Shown one piece after another: positions 54,691 to 64,000 of a stretch of 64,000 nucleotides of DNA. The notes under the pieces were generated by a model. That model was not told the origin of the DNA. It did no database searches and was given only the letters and a program-made list of their open reading frames with translations. Origin of the DNA: an uncultured virus (IMG/VR IMGVR_UViG_3300017991_000054) (taxonomy: Duplodnaviria > Heunggongvirae > Uroviricota > Caudoviricetes); the IMG/VR virus record IMGVR_UViG_3300017991_000054; one strand, written 5' to 3'. Position 1 is the stretch's first letter; each line of letters starts with the position of its first letter. The position numbers and the translations under genes are program-made.

Positions 54691-56382
54691 CTATTTCATT
54701 TTGATGGAGTAGAGCTTTTTCCCTTTATGAAATCGAAGCGCCGCTCCATGTTTGCATAACCTCATATCCGAATCCAGGTCTTTATCCTCGATCAGCTTGA
54801 TGGTTGTATCCATCGGATTCTTTGAGAACACTTCCATTTTGTCGTCATGGATTAAGACTACAATTCCCTTCTCCATAGTTACGAAATTTACATTTTGGTC
54901 GTCCACGTTAGGAATCACTCGACATACATGTTTAAAGCTATTGTCGAATTTAATAACAATTAAGTCATATTGATTATCCTTATGACCCAGAACGACGCAT
55001 ACATGGTCGTCATACTTCGCATCCAACACCTTATATCCAGCGAGTTCATCAATACATACATTGACCGCTATGGAGTGAGTTTTTCCAGTAACTTCAGGAA
55101 TTGGAATGAACAAGTATGGGACTCCAAGTAAACTATGATAGATGACGTTTGTAAACACCAAGCTAGATTTTGGAGCAATATTCCATACGTGAGCTGAAGA
55201 CACTAGAATTTTATCTCCAATCTCAGAGAACTTGAATTCACACAAATCACCTTCGTGTCTAGTGTACAACGTGTTGTCAACTACCATGATCTCAGATACA
55301 GCTATGGTTGGAGTTGTTATAGGTTTTCCTAACGACTTTAACTTCAACATTCCCTTTTCAATCTTCGCCAGTATTGGAGTTACGCTTGAGGGTGTAAATA
55401 CTACATTAACTCCAGTAGATACTGCGTGCTTTGTCAATCCAAGGAATAAATTTTTTGTAGTCCTCGTTACCTCTCTTTGAAGAGTATATCTGTAAAACAG
55501 AATTGGATCTACAAAGTCATTTATGACTCTGATTTCAAAGTTATCAGTTGACGTAACGACAATTATTTTTTCCTTAACTTCTCCGACTGCACCAGCTGTT
55601 GTTGGAGGTGGAATTCGTTTTCCATTTTCAAAAAGTTCAACCATCCAATCTAAGTAGTTCCTGGGAATAAGTCCGAAATCTCGAACAGCTTTAGGAACTC
55701 TTACATCCTTATTGAAAATCGACACAGAATCCATAACTCTTTTCTGCATCTCATTCTTTTTGTACTTGGGATGTTTTCCTTTGAAAGGATGAATACCAAC
55801 ATATAACTGACATGCAATAATGGCGAAACTAAACCAGTCTGTCAGTTCAGAAAAATCTTTGCTGGTCCAATCTCGAATATTTGGCATGATTGCTGTCGGA
55901 GGGAAGGATGGAGTTTTGTAGCAGTTCACATCAATGAAAAATGGTACGTCAAACTTACCAAGTTCCACTAGAAAATTCAATTCATTCCCATCTACGATGA
56001 GACATTTCTTTTGGTGGATGAACGAGGTATCCGCATGAAGACGCTCCACCATTGCGCCAGTCATATCATCTGTAATTCCATTGTCATTCCTAAAAGTATT
56101 TGTAAACATCTTGCATATCGGAACTGTATTTTTCACTTCAGACATCGTAAACCCAACAATCGCATCTCGTTTGTCAAGTACAATATCCAAAGGACGAAGT
56201 ATGTTTGGTCTGTTGAGGACTGCAAGTTCCTCAATTTTTGCTTCTGGGATCATACCTGATGGGTTCTCGTAAATCTTAAATACAACCCCACTACTTGAAA
56301 AGATTTTTCCTTCCCCACCCTTAGCGATAAAGTTTCGTTGGGTTAGGTTGACTCCTCCTTTACCTCTAATTTGATATCGCAT
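54691..56382 (-). CDS. YegI-like protein kinase
   Basis: IAKGGEGKIF, FKIY, DGNELNFLV, IDV, TDWFSFAI, GIHPFKG. Confidence 0.8.
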   Translation of the reverse strand: MRYQIRGKGGVNLTQRNFIAKGGEGKIFSSSGVVFKIYENPSGMIPEAKIEELAVLNRPNILRPLDIVLDKRDAIVGFTMSEVKNTVPICKMFTNTFRNDNGITDDMTGAMVERLHADTSFIHQKKCLIVDGNELNFLVELGKFDVPFFIDVNCYKTPSFPPTAIMPNIRDWTSKDFSELTDWFSFAIIACQLYVGIHPFKGKHPKYKKNEMQKRVMDSVSIFNKDVRVPKAVRDFGLIPRNYLDWMVELFENGKRIPPPTTAGAVGEVKEKIIVVTSTDNFEIRVINDFVDPILFYRYTLQREVTRTTKNLFLGLTKHAVSTGVNVVFTPSSVTPILAKIEKGMLKLKSLGKPITTPTIAVSEIMVVDNTLYTRHEGDLCEFKFSEIGDKILVSSAHVWNIAPKSSLVFTNVIYHSLLGVPYLFIPIPEVTGKTHSIAVNVCIDELAGYKVLDAKYDDHVCVVLGHKDNQYDLIVIKFDNSFKHVCRVIPNVDDQNVNFVTMEKGIVVLIHDDKMEVFSKNPMDTTIKLIEDKDLDSDMRLCKHGAALRFHKGKKLYSIKMK

Positions 56383-57227
56383 GACTCATCCTTTCGTAAT
56401 CGAAACCCACCGATTGAAATGTCGTCTGTATGTACTGCTCCACATTTTTCCAATGTCTTGATCACCTTTCTAGCTCTTCGAAATAGAAACCGAGCTTTTG
56501 GGTTTGTAGTTTTGAATTTGACCAGGTCCCCAATAACATCATAGAGGGTATCACCCAGATGCTCAAAAGATGTGATTCCATCTGACGTGATGAGTACTGT
56601 TGGGTACTCATACAATGAAACTTCCATTTTAACTGGGAAGGAAGCACTGGTCAAAGGTTGTTCTTCAATACCATCCTTCTTCTCTACTACAATTTTTTTC
56701 TCCACTCTGAGTCTGAGATACTCAAGCATTCGAGCATGGTCAAGATCGTAAGACAAATAATGGGGCGCATTCGGATCTAGCTTTGTATCGAAAAATGTCA
56801 CTTCCCCCTTGTTATCAACAAGGATGACTCCACCATCACCATACATATAGATATGGATTTTGTCATCAATTCGGTAAGCTACAATCAAGGTAGCATCCAG
56901 ACATTGTTTGGAAATTCCCAGAACCTTCGTGACAAGAGAGGCTCTATTGATAATCCATTCTCCCATTCTAGCGTGGTCTGGTTCATATCTGGCAACTTCC
57001 ATTCTCTTCTCATGTAAGAAAGTGAGAGCTAGTGAACAGAGAATCCTTGAACCAAAATCGGTCATTGGCGCAGTTGAGCACCCATCCGATAAGATCACCG
57101 CGTTTAACTTAGGGTGTGTCAGAATAAAATCCTGACAGATTGGATGACTCTTTCCCCGTTTGAGAAAAGAATCCATAGAAACATGTTCATTCAAAATGGT
57201 CGTCGCTGCTTCGTGTAAGTCCATCAT
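56343..57227 (-). CDS. PP2C-like phosphatase (YegK-like)
   Basis: GKSHPICQD, LSDGCS, DATL, GDG, TSDGI, TDDIS. Confidence 0.8.
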   Translation of the reverse strand: MMDLHEAATTILNEHVSMDSFLKRGKSHPICQDFILTHPKLNAVILSDGCSTAPMTDFGSRILCSLALTFLHEKRMEVARYEPDHARMGEWIINRASLVTKVLGISKQCLDATLIVAYRIDDKIHIYMYGDGGVILVDNKGEVTFFDTKLDPNAPHYLSYDLDHARMLEYLRLRVEKKIVVEKKDGIEEQPLTSASFPVKMEVSLYEYPTVLITSDGITSFEHLGDTLYDVIGDLVKFKTTNPKARFLFRRARKVIKTLEKCGAVHTDDISIGGFRLRKDESCDIKLEVKEEST

Positions 57228-57561
57228 CCTCCTTCTCCTTCCTCATGAATTTTGGATATTCAATCCTCCCTTCTACACCATCCTGCATTCTGAAGTGACA
57301 AAATCTATCGTCATTATAATTACTTCCAAGACCAAGCGTTTCATCTAAATAGCATTCAGATGTGAATTGTGCGGCGACAGTCCTAACCCCACTCTTGAAT
57401 CCTATTCTGTATGCTTCATCGCAATTGAAAGTTGGCAAGGATTTCATTACCTTGTCTTTCGCAGTAACAAACACCAATGGACCCAAAAATATTACACACA
57501 CTATCGCAAGAATGATAAGGTGCTTTAATAAATGACTCCATTCGTTAAATTTCTTTGACAT
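57187..57561 (-). CDS. Membrane-anchored hypothetical protein
   Basis: AAGGAG RBS, N-terminal TM. Confidence 0.55.
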   Translation of the reverse strand: MSKKFNEWSHLLKHLIILAIVCVIFLGPLVFVTAKDKVMKSLPTFNCDEAYRIGFKSGVRTVAAQFTSECYLDETLGLGSNYNDDRFCHFRMQDGVEGRIEYPKFMRKEKEDDGLTRSSDDHFE

Positions 57562-57618
57562 GTCAATCTCCTTTGGTCCCCACCAGAGTAGTAGGTGGGG
57601 ACCATATCTTCGAGTATA

Positions 57619-58386
57619 TTAGAACGTGAGATTTTGACTTGGTTGCCCACCTCCCAAAGCTTGACTTTGAGAACTGATGGACTCACTGATAAAATCACCC
57701 AGTTTGGCGAGGTTTTCCGGAGTGGCGTCTCCAACGTCGACATACTGGTCCAGCTCCCCCTCCACTTCAAATTCAGAGAGGTGTCTTCGTACCGCATCTT
57801 TATACGGATCGTTTGGATCATAAAGACCAATCAGGATGACCTTGATTGATTCAAGCTCTTCCATTTTTCGTGCCTTTCTAATCCTATCCCTTACAGGATG
57901 TGGGTCCATGAAAGTACCGGTATTGTTCATACCATCGGTGATCACAAACACGATACCATTACAGGTAATATCCTGCGTATCATCCAGGAGCTTGGCGTAG
58001 TCTAGGATTGCGGATACTCCATCATAGGTGGCATCGAATAGACATGTAGATCCACCGATTGTTGGCTCCGGTTTGTACTCATCCGGATCGACATCAATCA
58101 ACTCTTTGAAACCATGGGATTCTTCAATACGACTCCCGAAGATCACCCTTCTAAGGATGAGTTTCTCAGATTTGGGATGTTTCTTACATGCTCCGACAAT
58201 GTTCTTATTACACTCACATTGTCCATCTCTGTGACCTTCCGTTGATGGACTTACATCATCAACTATAACCGCCAGAGTATATTCGTCCTCTTGGAGGTCA
58301 TCGGGCCTTGTTGCTGAGAATTGGAACGCCCCAGGTCCAGCTATTTGCATTGTTTGCATTTCTTTATCTACTGTCACTAGCACCAC
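57619..58386 (-). CDS. vWA domain protein (TerY/YegL-like)
   Basis: VIVDDVSPST, GGSTCLFDA, FVITDGMNN. Confidence 0.75.
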   Translation of the reverse strand: MVLVTVDKEMQTMQIAGPGAFQFSATRPDDLQEDEYTLAVIVDDVSPSTEGHRDGQCECNKNIVGACKKHPKSEKLILRRVIFGSRIEESHGFKELIDVDPDEYKPEPTIGGSTCLFDATYDGVSAILDYAKLLDDTQDITCNGIVFVITDGMNNTGTFMDPHPVRDRIRKARKMEELESIKVILIGLYDPNDPYKDAVRRHLSEFEVEGELDQYVDVGDATPENLAKLGDFISESISSQSQALGGGQPSQNLTF

Positions 58387-58389
58387 CTC

Positions 58390-59247
58390 CTATACCAGGA
58401 AATCAACCGTCGTTGAGATTTGTCCACCGCGATCCTTAAACTCTTCCAGGAACTCCTCTCCAAGATTTTCGAAAGTCGGTACGTCTGAAGTGGCGTCTTC
58501 CAACAATACCATTTTTCCGATATATTTTGGATCAGAGAAATTGTCCATCACGTCCCGAACCGTATTGGCGAAACAATGGCTACGAGCTTCACCTGCCATA
58601 CCCACAATATCAGCTTGTTCGAGAGCTGTAATCAGAGCATGGTTAAGTCCGGTCATTGGATCTCTCGGGTCCTCTACTTCCGCCTTTGCAATTGAATAAT
58701 GCTCAGTGCGATAGTTAGAACCCTTGGCTACATAATCAACAAAACGTTTTCCCTTGATCGCCCACGCAGATAATGCATCTTGTATGGGCATCACGAGGTT
58801 GGCGCCCCTTGTCCCAATGAGACAATGATAGGGCCAGATACACAAAGGATATCGACCACCCTTTCTTCCGGTGTTTGGGTCGTCGGTCTCAAGCGAAAGA
58901 GTATATTCTTTACCCCATTGTTGTTCTTGTGGAAGGGTAGTTCTCCAAACACCGTCGACCACATCCTTATGCGTAATAATAGTAAATGGGTCAGGATGCT
59001 GACCCTTCGAGTCGAGCCAGTATAGCGGGTGAAAGATCGCCATCGGATGATGTTGGTCAAGGGAAGCAACGATCCTTGTAAGACGATTTCCCAATCTCTC
59101 AATCATCGCCGCGACTCTTACCATATCATCCCATGCACCTGGTACTAACAACGCCCCGGTCCTTGTGTCATCTTTTTGGTTTTGATCATTCAGACCTGGG
59201 TTGCAGAAGTCTTCCTGTGCGTCGATTAACAATAGTCTTGCGTCCAT
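58390..59247 (-). CDS. pncA: Nicotinamidase/isochorismatase family hydrolase
   Basis: LLLIDAQEDFC, LDQH...FHP, WPYHC..GT.G, KG, GEARSHC. Confidence 0.8.
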   Translation of the reverse strand: MDARLLLIDAQEDFCNPGLNDQNQKDDTRTGALLVPGAWDDMVRVAAMIERLGNRLTRIVASLDQHHPMAIFHPLYWLDSKGQHPDPFTIITHKDVVDGVWRTTLPQEQQWGKEYTLSLETDDPNTGRKGGRYPLCIWPYHCLIGTRGANLVMPIQDALSAWAIKGKRFVDYVAKGSNYRTEHYSIAKAEVEDPRDPMTGLNHALITALEQADIVGMAGEARSHCFANTVRDVMDNFSDPKYIGKMVLLEDATSDVPTFENLGEEFLEEFKDRGGQISTTVDFLV

Positions 59248-59442
59248 ATTTACTCCTTTCTTTCTCATCTAAGAAGTCTACGTCGTACCACTTTCCTGTC
59301 CAAGTACCTCCCATGAATATTTGTAAAACATTGGTGGTTTCCAACCACCTACATTCGTGGTTCATTCAAAGTGGGAGCCACAGGAATTTCTTAACAACCT
59401 TTCTTTCTCCATCGCGCTTGTCCTTTGGCTCTGTCCATTTCA

Positions 59443-60552
59443 TTATTCATAATCCCTTACAACGATTCCGACAGGTTGGAGAGGTATCCCATCATCGCTA
59501 TACTCTGCGAATCTGACGGTGAGTTGTTCTCCAACAAAACTGTCAAGTTCATCATACATTCTGCGCCGATCTTCAACTGTCCCACGAGGACGTACATCAA
59601 ACTCTTTTCCATCCTCAGTTGAGCATCTAAAGACAACACACCCTTCGTCGTTACCTACCCCCTCCTTTCCTCCGACAATTACAAATTCTGCGTCTTGATA
59701 TTGTTTGACCTTTTCAAGATCATTTGAGTTGAATTCAAAGAGATAAAACCCATCCATGTTTCTGAGCATTGCACCTTCGTATCCTGATTGGACACACTTG
59801 TCATGAAACGTTTTAGCTTCACCATAGTCATTTACAACCACAGTTGGTACGAGGTGGAGCATTGGATCAAAAGTATTGTTTCTCATATATCTCTGGAGAA
59901 ACCGCCACCTTTGTTCGAAGGTGAGACTTGGATCAGCAAGATCGTAAATCCAAAATTGAAGCCGATGCGCATCTTCCTTAAGCTCCTTTGTATACGATCC
60001 TATCTTTTGCAAGCTCCACCCATGAACATACAACTCTCCATGTAGAATACTGAACTCTGGAAAGATTGTACGCAAGGGCCCGTCTAAATGAGCCAACGTC
60101 TCAAATAACTGACCACCTCTTGAATGATGTAATACACCACTTTCGGTTATCTCCGAAAGATTACATACCCCATTTAACTTAGGTTGGATATATGCAGGAA
60201 ATTTTATCTTCCCTTTTTTAACACCCTTTGCTAACTGAGGTAACAAGTACGGCGGTTTGAAGGTTTTGGGATCAGGAACAAACTCAACATGATTTGAATG
60301 TTTCTTCACATTGATTGCTGACTCTGCTTCTGATAATGCTTGTTCTACCGGAGTCGTTTCGTTCGCTTTTCCGATATTCTTTCCGTTTTTAATAGTTCTT
60401 TCATTCTTCTGAATTTTCTTTCCGACTATACCAAACTCTTTTCGAAGGACTGCAGTATCATCAGGATTTTTGTGAACTGATACGGTCCACTCCTTCACTC
60501 GTCCCATTCGGTCCAGAGCATACAGTGTCGGAAATGCTTTGACTTCTTCCAT
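59443..60552 (-). CDS. ATP-dependent DNA ligase
   Basis: QPKLNG, GELY, FWIYD, GYEGAMLR, LEKVK, OB-fold LTVRF. Confidence 0.9.
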   Translation of the reverse strand: MEEVKAFPTLYALDRMGRVKEWTVSVHKNPDDTAVLRKEFGIVGKKIQKNERTIKNGKNIGKANETTPVEQALSEAESAINVKKHSNHVEFVPDPKTFKPPYLLPQLAKGVKKGKIKFPAYIQPKLNGVCNLSEITESGVLHHSRGGQLFETLAHLDGPLRTIFPEFSILHGELYVHGWSLQKIGSYTKELKEDAHRLQFWIYDLADPSLTFEQRWRFLQRYMRNNTFDPMLHLVPTVVVNDYGEAKTFHDKCVQSGYEGAMLRNMDGFYLFEFNSNDLEKVKQYQDAEFVIVGGKEGVGNDEGCVVFRCSTEDGKEFDVRPRGTVEDRRRMYDELDSFVGEQLTVRFAEYSDDGIPLQPVGIVVRDYE

Positions 60553-61267
60553 TAAGCCTCCTATCTTTTCGATCGTGAATCACCTGTGTAAATGCAGATG
60601 ATATTAATCCTGTAGGAACTGCAATTGTACCCATACCAACTACTAGAACCAACGATGTAAATAATCGTCCTCCTGCAGTAACAGGATAAATATCGCCATA
60701 CCCAACACTTGTTAATGTTACCATTGCCCACCAGAGACTTTCAGCAACAGACTTAAATATCTCAGGTTGAGCTGGGTGCTCAAAATAATAGATACCAACC
60801 GCAGCGATATAGAGCACAAATATCGTTAGAATTGTAAACGCTATTAGTTCATATATAACCATCCATATAGCTTCTCCCAAACTACTCAACGCATCAGAAT
60901 ACCGGAGGAACTTCAACATGCGAAACAACCGGAATAATCTGAATACCCTTATGGATCTAATGTCGACGTGATGCATCACAATAAAGAATGGAAGGATTGC
61001 TAGAAGATCAATAATACCGTGGAAGCTAAATATGAACTTTAATTTACGGTCGGCCACCAGTACTCGCAGGACGTATTCGATTGTAAAGATAGTAACCGTA
61101 AAAGTCTCAACGTCATATAAGAATAACTTAACAGCTACGTCAAGATTTGGGTCAGTCTCAATTACAAATGCGATCAGAGAGGTTATAATCAGAGCCTCAA
61201 TGAGTAGGTCGAATAACTTTCCTGCGATCGTGTCATTCTGCTCCACTACTCTTTTGATCGTCTTCAT
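60461..61267 (-). CDS. Voltage-gated-type potassium channel
   Basis: S4 RSIRVFRLFRLFRMLK; pore WWAMVTLTSVGYGD. Confidence 0.9.
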   Translation of the reverse strand: MKTIKRVVEQNDTIAGKLFDLLIEALIITSLIAFVIETDPNLDVAVKLFLYDVETFTVTIFTIEYVLRVLVADRKLKFIFSFHGIIDLLAILPFFIVMHHVDIRSIRVFRLFRLFRMLKFLRYSDALSSLGEAIWMVIYELIAFTILTIFVLYIAAVGIYYFEHPAQPEIFKSVAESLWWAMVTLTSVGYGDIYPVTAGGRLFTSLVLVVGMGTIAVPTGLISSAFTQVIHDRKDRRLNGRSQSISDTVCSGPNGTSEGVDRISSQKS

Positions 61268-62105
61268 TCTTCTTTTTCCAACTTACCTCCTTTCTCACAT
61301 AAGTGTCTTCTATGTTCTCTAGTTCGAATTCACAGTATACCAGCTTTTGATAAGCTCCCAACTGTCCAGGTTGGATAGACACAGTCTCCGGAATTAACCG
61401 GTTAATAGTCATTGCTGAATAGAACGGAGCTTCGTGGATATGACCATGAATGGTGAGGAGTGGTTTTCGCTCCATGATAAAATCCGTAATTGCATAAGAC
61501 CCCACTTCTGCGCGACCTCCTTGACATATGTCAAATCCTAATAGTCTTGGAGGCGCATGGAAATTATACACCACCTTTTCTTTTGTGGGTTCTGGAAGCC
61601 AACTAAGTAAATCTTCCATAGATGGTCTGCTATCTAACCATTCTTTTAAACTAGGAATGATTTTATAACTTCCAGTCTCTGTCGTAGCTGGCAAATGAAT
61701 TTGAAGAGGATCGATGGGAAATTGATCTTCGCGACGACACCAATCTTTCAACCCAAACGGATAATCCGGAACATGATGCATTCCAATAAATGAGTAATCC
61801 CCAATAATAACTTCCCTCTTATGAGAAAGATAAACATTATCAGTGGATAACACTAAATACTCAAACATCTCGAAAAGCATCATAATATCATCATTACCAA
61901 AATCAATGATAATTGGTATTGATATTGAGTCAAAGAATTTTGGTAAGAAGCGATTAATAAAATCCTTTCTATCATCTATAGTAGCATCACCCTTTGGTAA
62001 GATATCTGCTCCTAAGATAAGGAGTTCATGATCACTCAACTCTCGTTGAATCATTTTAAACTTTTTCGTATGACCGTGGAGGTCAGTCGCATAGAACACT
62101 TTCAT
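61233..62105 (-). CDS. Metallophosphoesterase
   Basis: TDLHG, GAD, GNDD, HAPP, HGHIHE. Confidence 0.85.
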   Translation of the reverse strand: MKVFYATDLHGHTKKFKMIQRELSDHELLILGADILPKGDATIDDRKDFINRFLPKFFDSISIPIIIDFGNDDIMMLFEMFEYLVLSTDNVYLSHKREVIIGDYSFIGMHHVPDYPFGLKDWCRREDQFPIDPLQIHLPATTETGSYKIIPSLKEWLDSRPSMEDLLSWLPEPTKEKVVYNFHAPPRLLGFDICQGGRAEVGSYAITDFIMERKPLLTIHGHIHEAPFYSAMTINRLIPETVSIQPGQLGAYQKLVYCEFELENIEDTYVRKEVSWKKKNEDDQKSSGAE

Positions 62106-62575
62106 GGCAATACCCCATCTCTCACTTTCATGAGAAGTTTACCTAACCAATTTTGACCTGGGATGGTCTCACATTCATGACATTCACAATCACCCCAGAA
62201 ATTGTCATGCCATGTATTACCTTCTACTAATTCCTGACCTTTCGTCTCGTCTAACATACGACGAAGATCTGGGTGGACGAACGGATCGAATTTTTGTTGA
62301 AGTAGTTCTTCCATCACTTCTAAACTAAATCCTTTCTTCCAGTCTGGTCGCAGAAACCCTTCCTTTTCAATTTGCTTCCCGAGTTTCTTTGACTTTCCTG
62401 CTTCTCGCCCATCAAGAGTTAGTATTTTTTGAACAATAGGAGAATCAAGTCCTCTGATATCTTTAGCGGCTTGATATCCATGTTCTGTAGAGTTCCACAT
62501 CAATAGGTTATACTCAACAATCGCCGGATAAAAATTACTTAGAAAACGGTAACGTCCCTCAAACCTATCGATCAT
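62102..62575 (-). CDS. NADAR (YbiA-like) family protein
   Basis: FLSNFY, EHGYQAAK, KF, LVEGNTWHDNFWG, GQNWLGKLLMKVR. Confidence 0.9.
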   Translation of the reverse strand: MIDRFEGRYRFLSNFYPAIVEYNLLMWNSTEHGYQAAKDIRGLDSPIVQKILTLDGREAGKSKKLGKQIEKEGFLRPDWKKGFSLEVMEELLQQKFDPFVHPDLRRMLDETKGQELVEGNTWHDNFWGDCECHECETIPGQNWLGKLLMKVRDGVLP

Positions 62576-62583
62576 CGTTCCTC

Positions 62584-63804
62584 CTAACCGATCTCGACTC
62601 CTAATGGAAATAGTTTCGTAACAACCTCTACCAAATCACCTTGAGATTCCATTACAGTCTCAATGTCTTTATAAGCATGTTCAAATTCAGAGAGGTCATA
62701 TCTCCCGATGAACTTCTTACTCTTACGATCTTTCTTTCTGATCTTTCTCCACCGAGGATATACAATACCTTTTTCCCTCAGAATGCGATCGCACTCTTCA
62801 ACATTAAACAATCGAATTGCATCAGCTCTTGACATAGCTCTACCGCCACCATGCGAGCAAGTATTGAAAGATTCCTTATTCCCCTTTCCTCGAACAATGT
62901 AACTTGGTGTACTCATACTTCCGGGAATTATCCCGTAGTTATGTTTTGTTGCAAAGGTTGCTCCCTTCCTATGGACCCAGTAGTCCTTTCCAAAATGAGC
63001 TTCCCGAGCAGCAAAATTATGGTCGATATGAATTGTATTTGGAAACGTAGCGTTTGGAAACACTTCTTTAAATGATTCACAGAATCGCCTTGCTATTCGT
63101 TTCCTACTTTCCTGTGCGTACCTCCCCGCAAAGTCCATATCAATAATGTAGTTCGCGCCAGAATCACTATCAACTGGGAGATATGAAAGGTTTCGATCTG
63201 GTAATTCAATACCTTGTTTCTCCATCAACTTAATAGCTTTTCTATGGTAGTAGTTGCAAATAACATAACCTAAATTTCTAGATCCTGTATGAATCATGAG
63301 CCAGACAACTCCATCCTCACTAACAAGGATCTCTAGGAAATGATTGCCACCACCAAGAGTCCCAAGATTTTTCTTTGCTAAAATCCAAGTTCTCTCTTGG
63401 AACCATCCGGGTTTTGGGTTTCTTCTTTTTTCAAAATCTTGAAATCCATTCCACTCTTGTTCAATCTTGTGACATTTTCCCTCCCCCATAGGGACACGCT
63501 GAATCACAAGTTTCAATATTTGACGTACCACGATTTTAGTCATTTCTGTTTCTTGGACATCCGTTCGAATAGCCATCATACCACAATGGATATCAACCCC
63601 AACTCCATACGGAATTACAGCATCCTCACAGAGAACGACACCCCCGATCGGCATCCCGTAACCAGAATGCGAATCAGCCATCAATGCAACCCACTTTCGC
63701 ACAACAGGGTGTACAGCTAAATTCTTTGCTTGCTCTAAAGCTGCAACCTCTAAATCTTTACACCAACACTTGATGTCTAATCCGTCCGTTGAAATAACTA
63801 TCAT
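62584..63804 (-). CDS. rtcB: RNA ligase RtcB
   Basis: MADSHSGYGMPIG, VGVDIHCG, GTLGGGNHFLE, HTGSR, HN, HRKGA, PGSM, SHGGGR, YKDI. Confidence 0.95.
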   Translation of the reverse strand: MIVISTDGLDIKCWCKDLEVAALEQAKNLAVHPVVRKWVALMADSHSGYGMPIGGVVLCEDAVIPYGVGVDIHCGMMAIRTDVQETEMTKIVVRQILKLVIQRVPMGEGKCHKIEQEWNGFQDFEKRRNPKPGWFQERTWILAKKNLGTLGGGNHFLEILVSEDGVVWLMIHTGSRNLGYVICNYYHRKAIKLMEKQGIELPDRNLSYLPVDSDSGANYIIDMDFAGRYAQESRKRIARRFCESFKEVFPNATFPNTIHIDHNFAAREAHFGKDYWVHRKGATFATKHNYGIIPGSMSTPSYIVRGKGNKESFNTCSHGGGRAMSRADAIRLFNVEECDRILREKGIVYPRWRKIRKKDRKSKKFIGRYDLSEFEHAYKDIETVMESQGDLVEVVTKLFPLGVEIG

Positions 63805-64000
63805 TCCATACTACCTCCTTTCCTTGGCGGCTCCTTCACTGATATGTTCGAGTTCTGGCGAAAATATTCCCGACATTGTTCTAATGAAAGAGGTTTATAT
63901 TCATGAAGTTCAAGACATACAATCAATACATTCTTTTCGAAAAGAACCCAATCATGTGTATGACCACATATAAAAGGTCTTGTTCTATCGACACATGATA

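Noticed and set aside
1..64000. Genome-wide TAG recoding
   Set aside because: Core genes are full length in code 11 and TAG terminates many genes at sensible positions
1..64000. Archaeal virus or cellular chromosome origin
   Set aside because: Bacterial-type tRNA-Tyr, GroES, pncB and mgsA, together with portal/protease/capsid genes, indicate a bacteriophage

Overview
This 64-kb window comes from a large tailed dsDNA bacteriophage. It uses the standard genetic code, bacterial GGAG-type RBSs and CCA-encoded tRNAs. Positions 1-21.3 kb are a tRNA-rich accessory region with about 16 conventional tRNA genes, including an amber (CTA) suppressor, plus fibronectin-III proteins, pyrE and mgsA. 17.5-25.5 kb holds minus-strand PurA-like/vWA/kinase and Ter/Ca-antiporter islands. 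25.8-38.5 kb covers DNA modification and replication (glycosyltransferase, UDG-PolB fusion, QueE, ThyA, DpdA-like, helicase). 38.6-47.4 kb is a T4-like head module (scaffold, portal, protease, major capsid). 48.3-64 kb is minus-strand: alpha-CTD-like proteins, RNase H, NAD salvage, a vWA/PP2C/kinase triad, DNA ligase, K+ channel, NADAR and RtcB. The top finding is a family of six non-coding elements sharing one asymmetric internal loop (GG-ACGV / ACMYUA-CC). Five are in tandem at 7312-8097 and carry different payloads, including an intact tRNA body and two circularly permuted tRNAs. The sixth is inserted inside a tRNA at 5135-5271. The array lies directly upstream of a helical+vWA (Ro60/TROVE-like) gene and its partner, suggesting a modular Y-RNA-like or permuted-tRNA RNP system. 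The second finding is an RBS-led minigene with two in-frame TAG codons and PP/RSPP motifs, upstream of a PTH2-like gene and the amber suppressor tRNA. All protein calls come from motif recognition by eye; no database searches were run.
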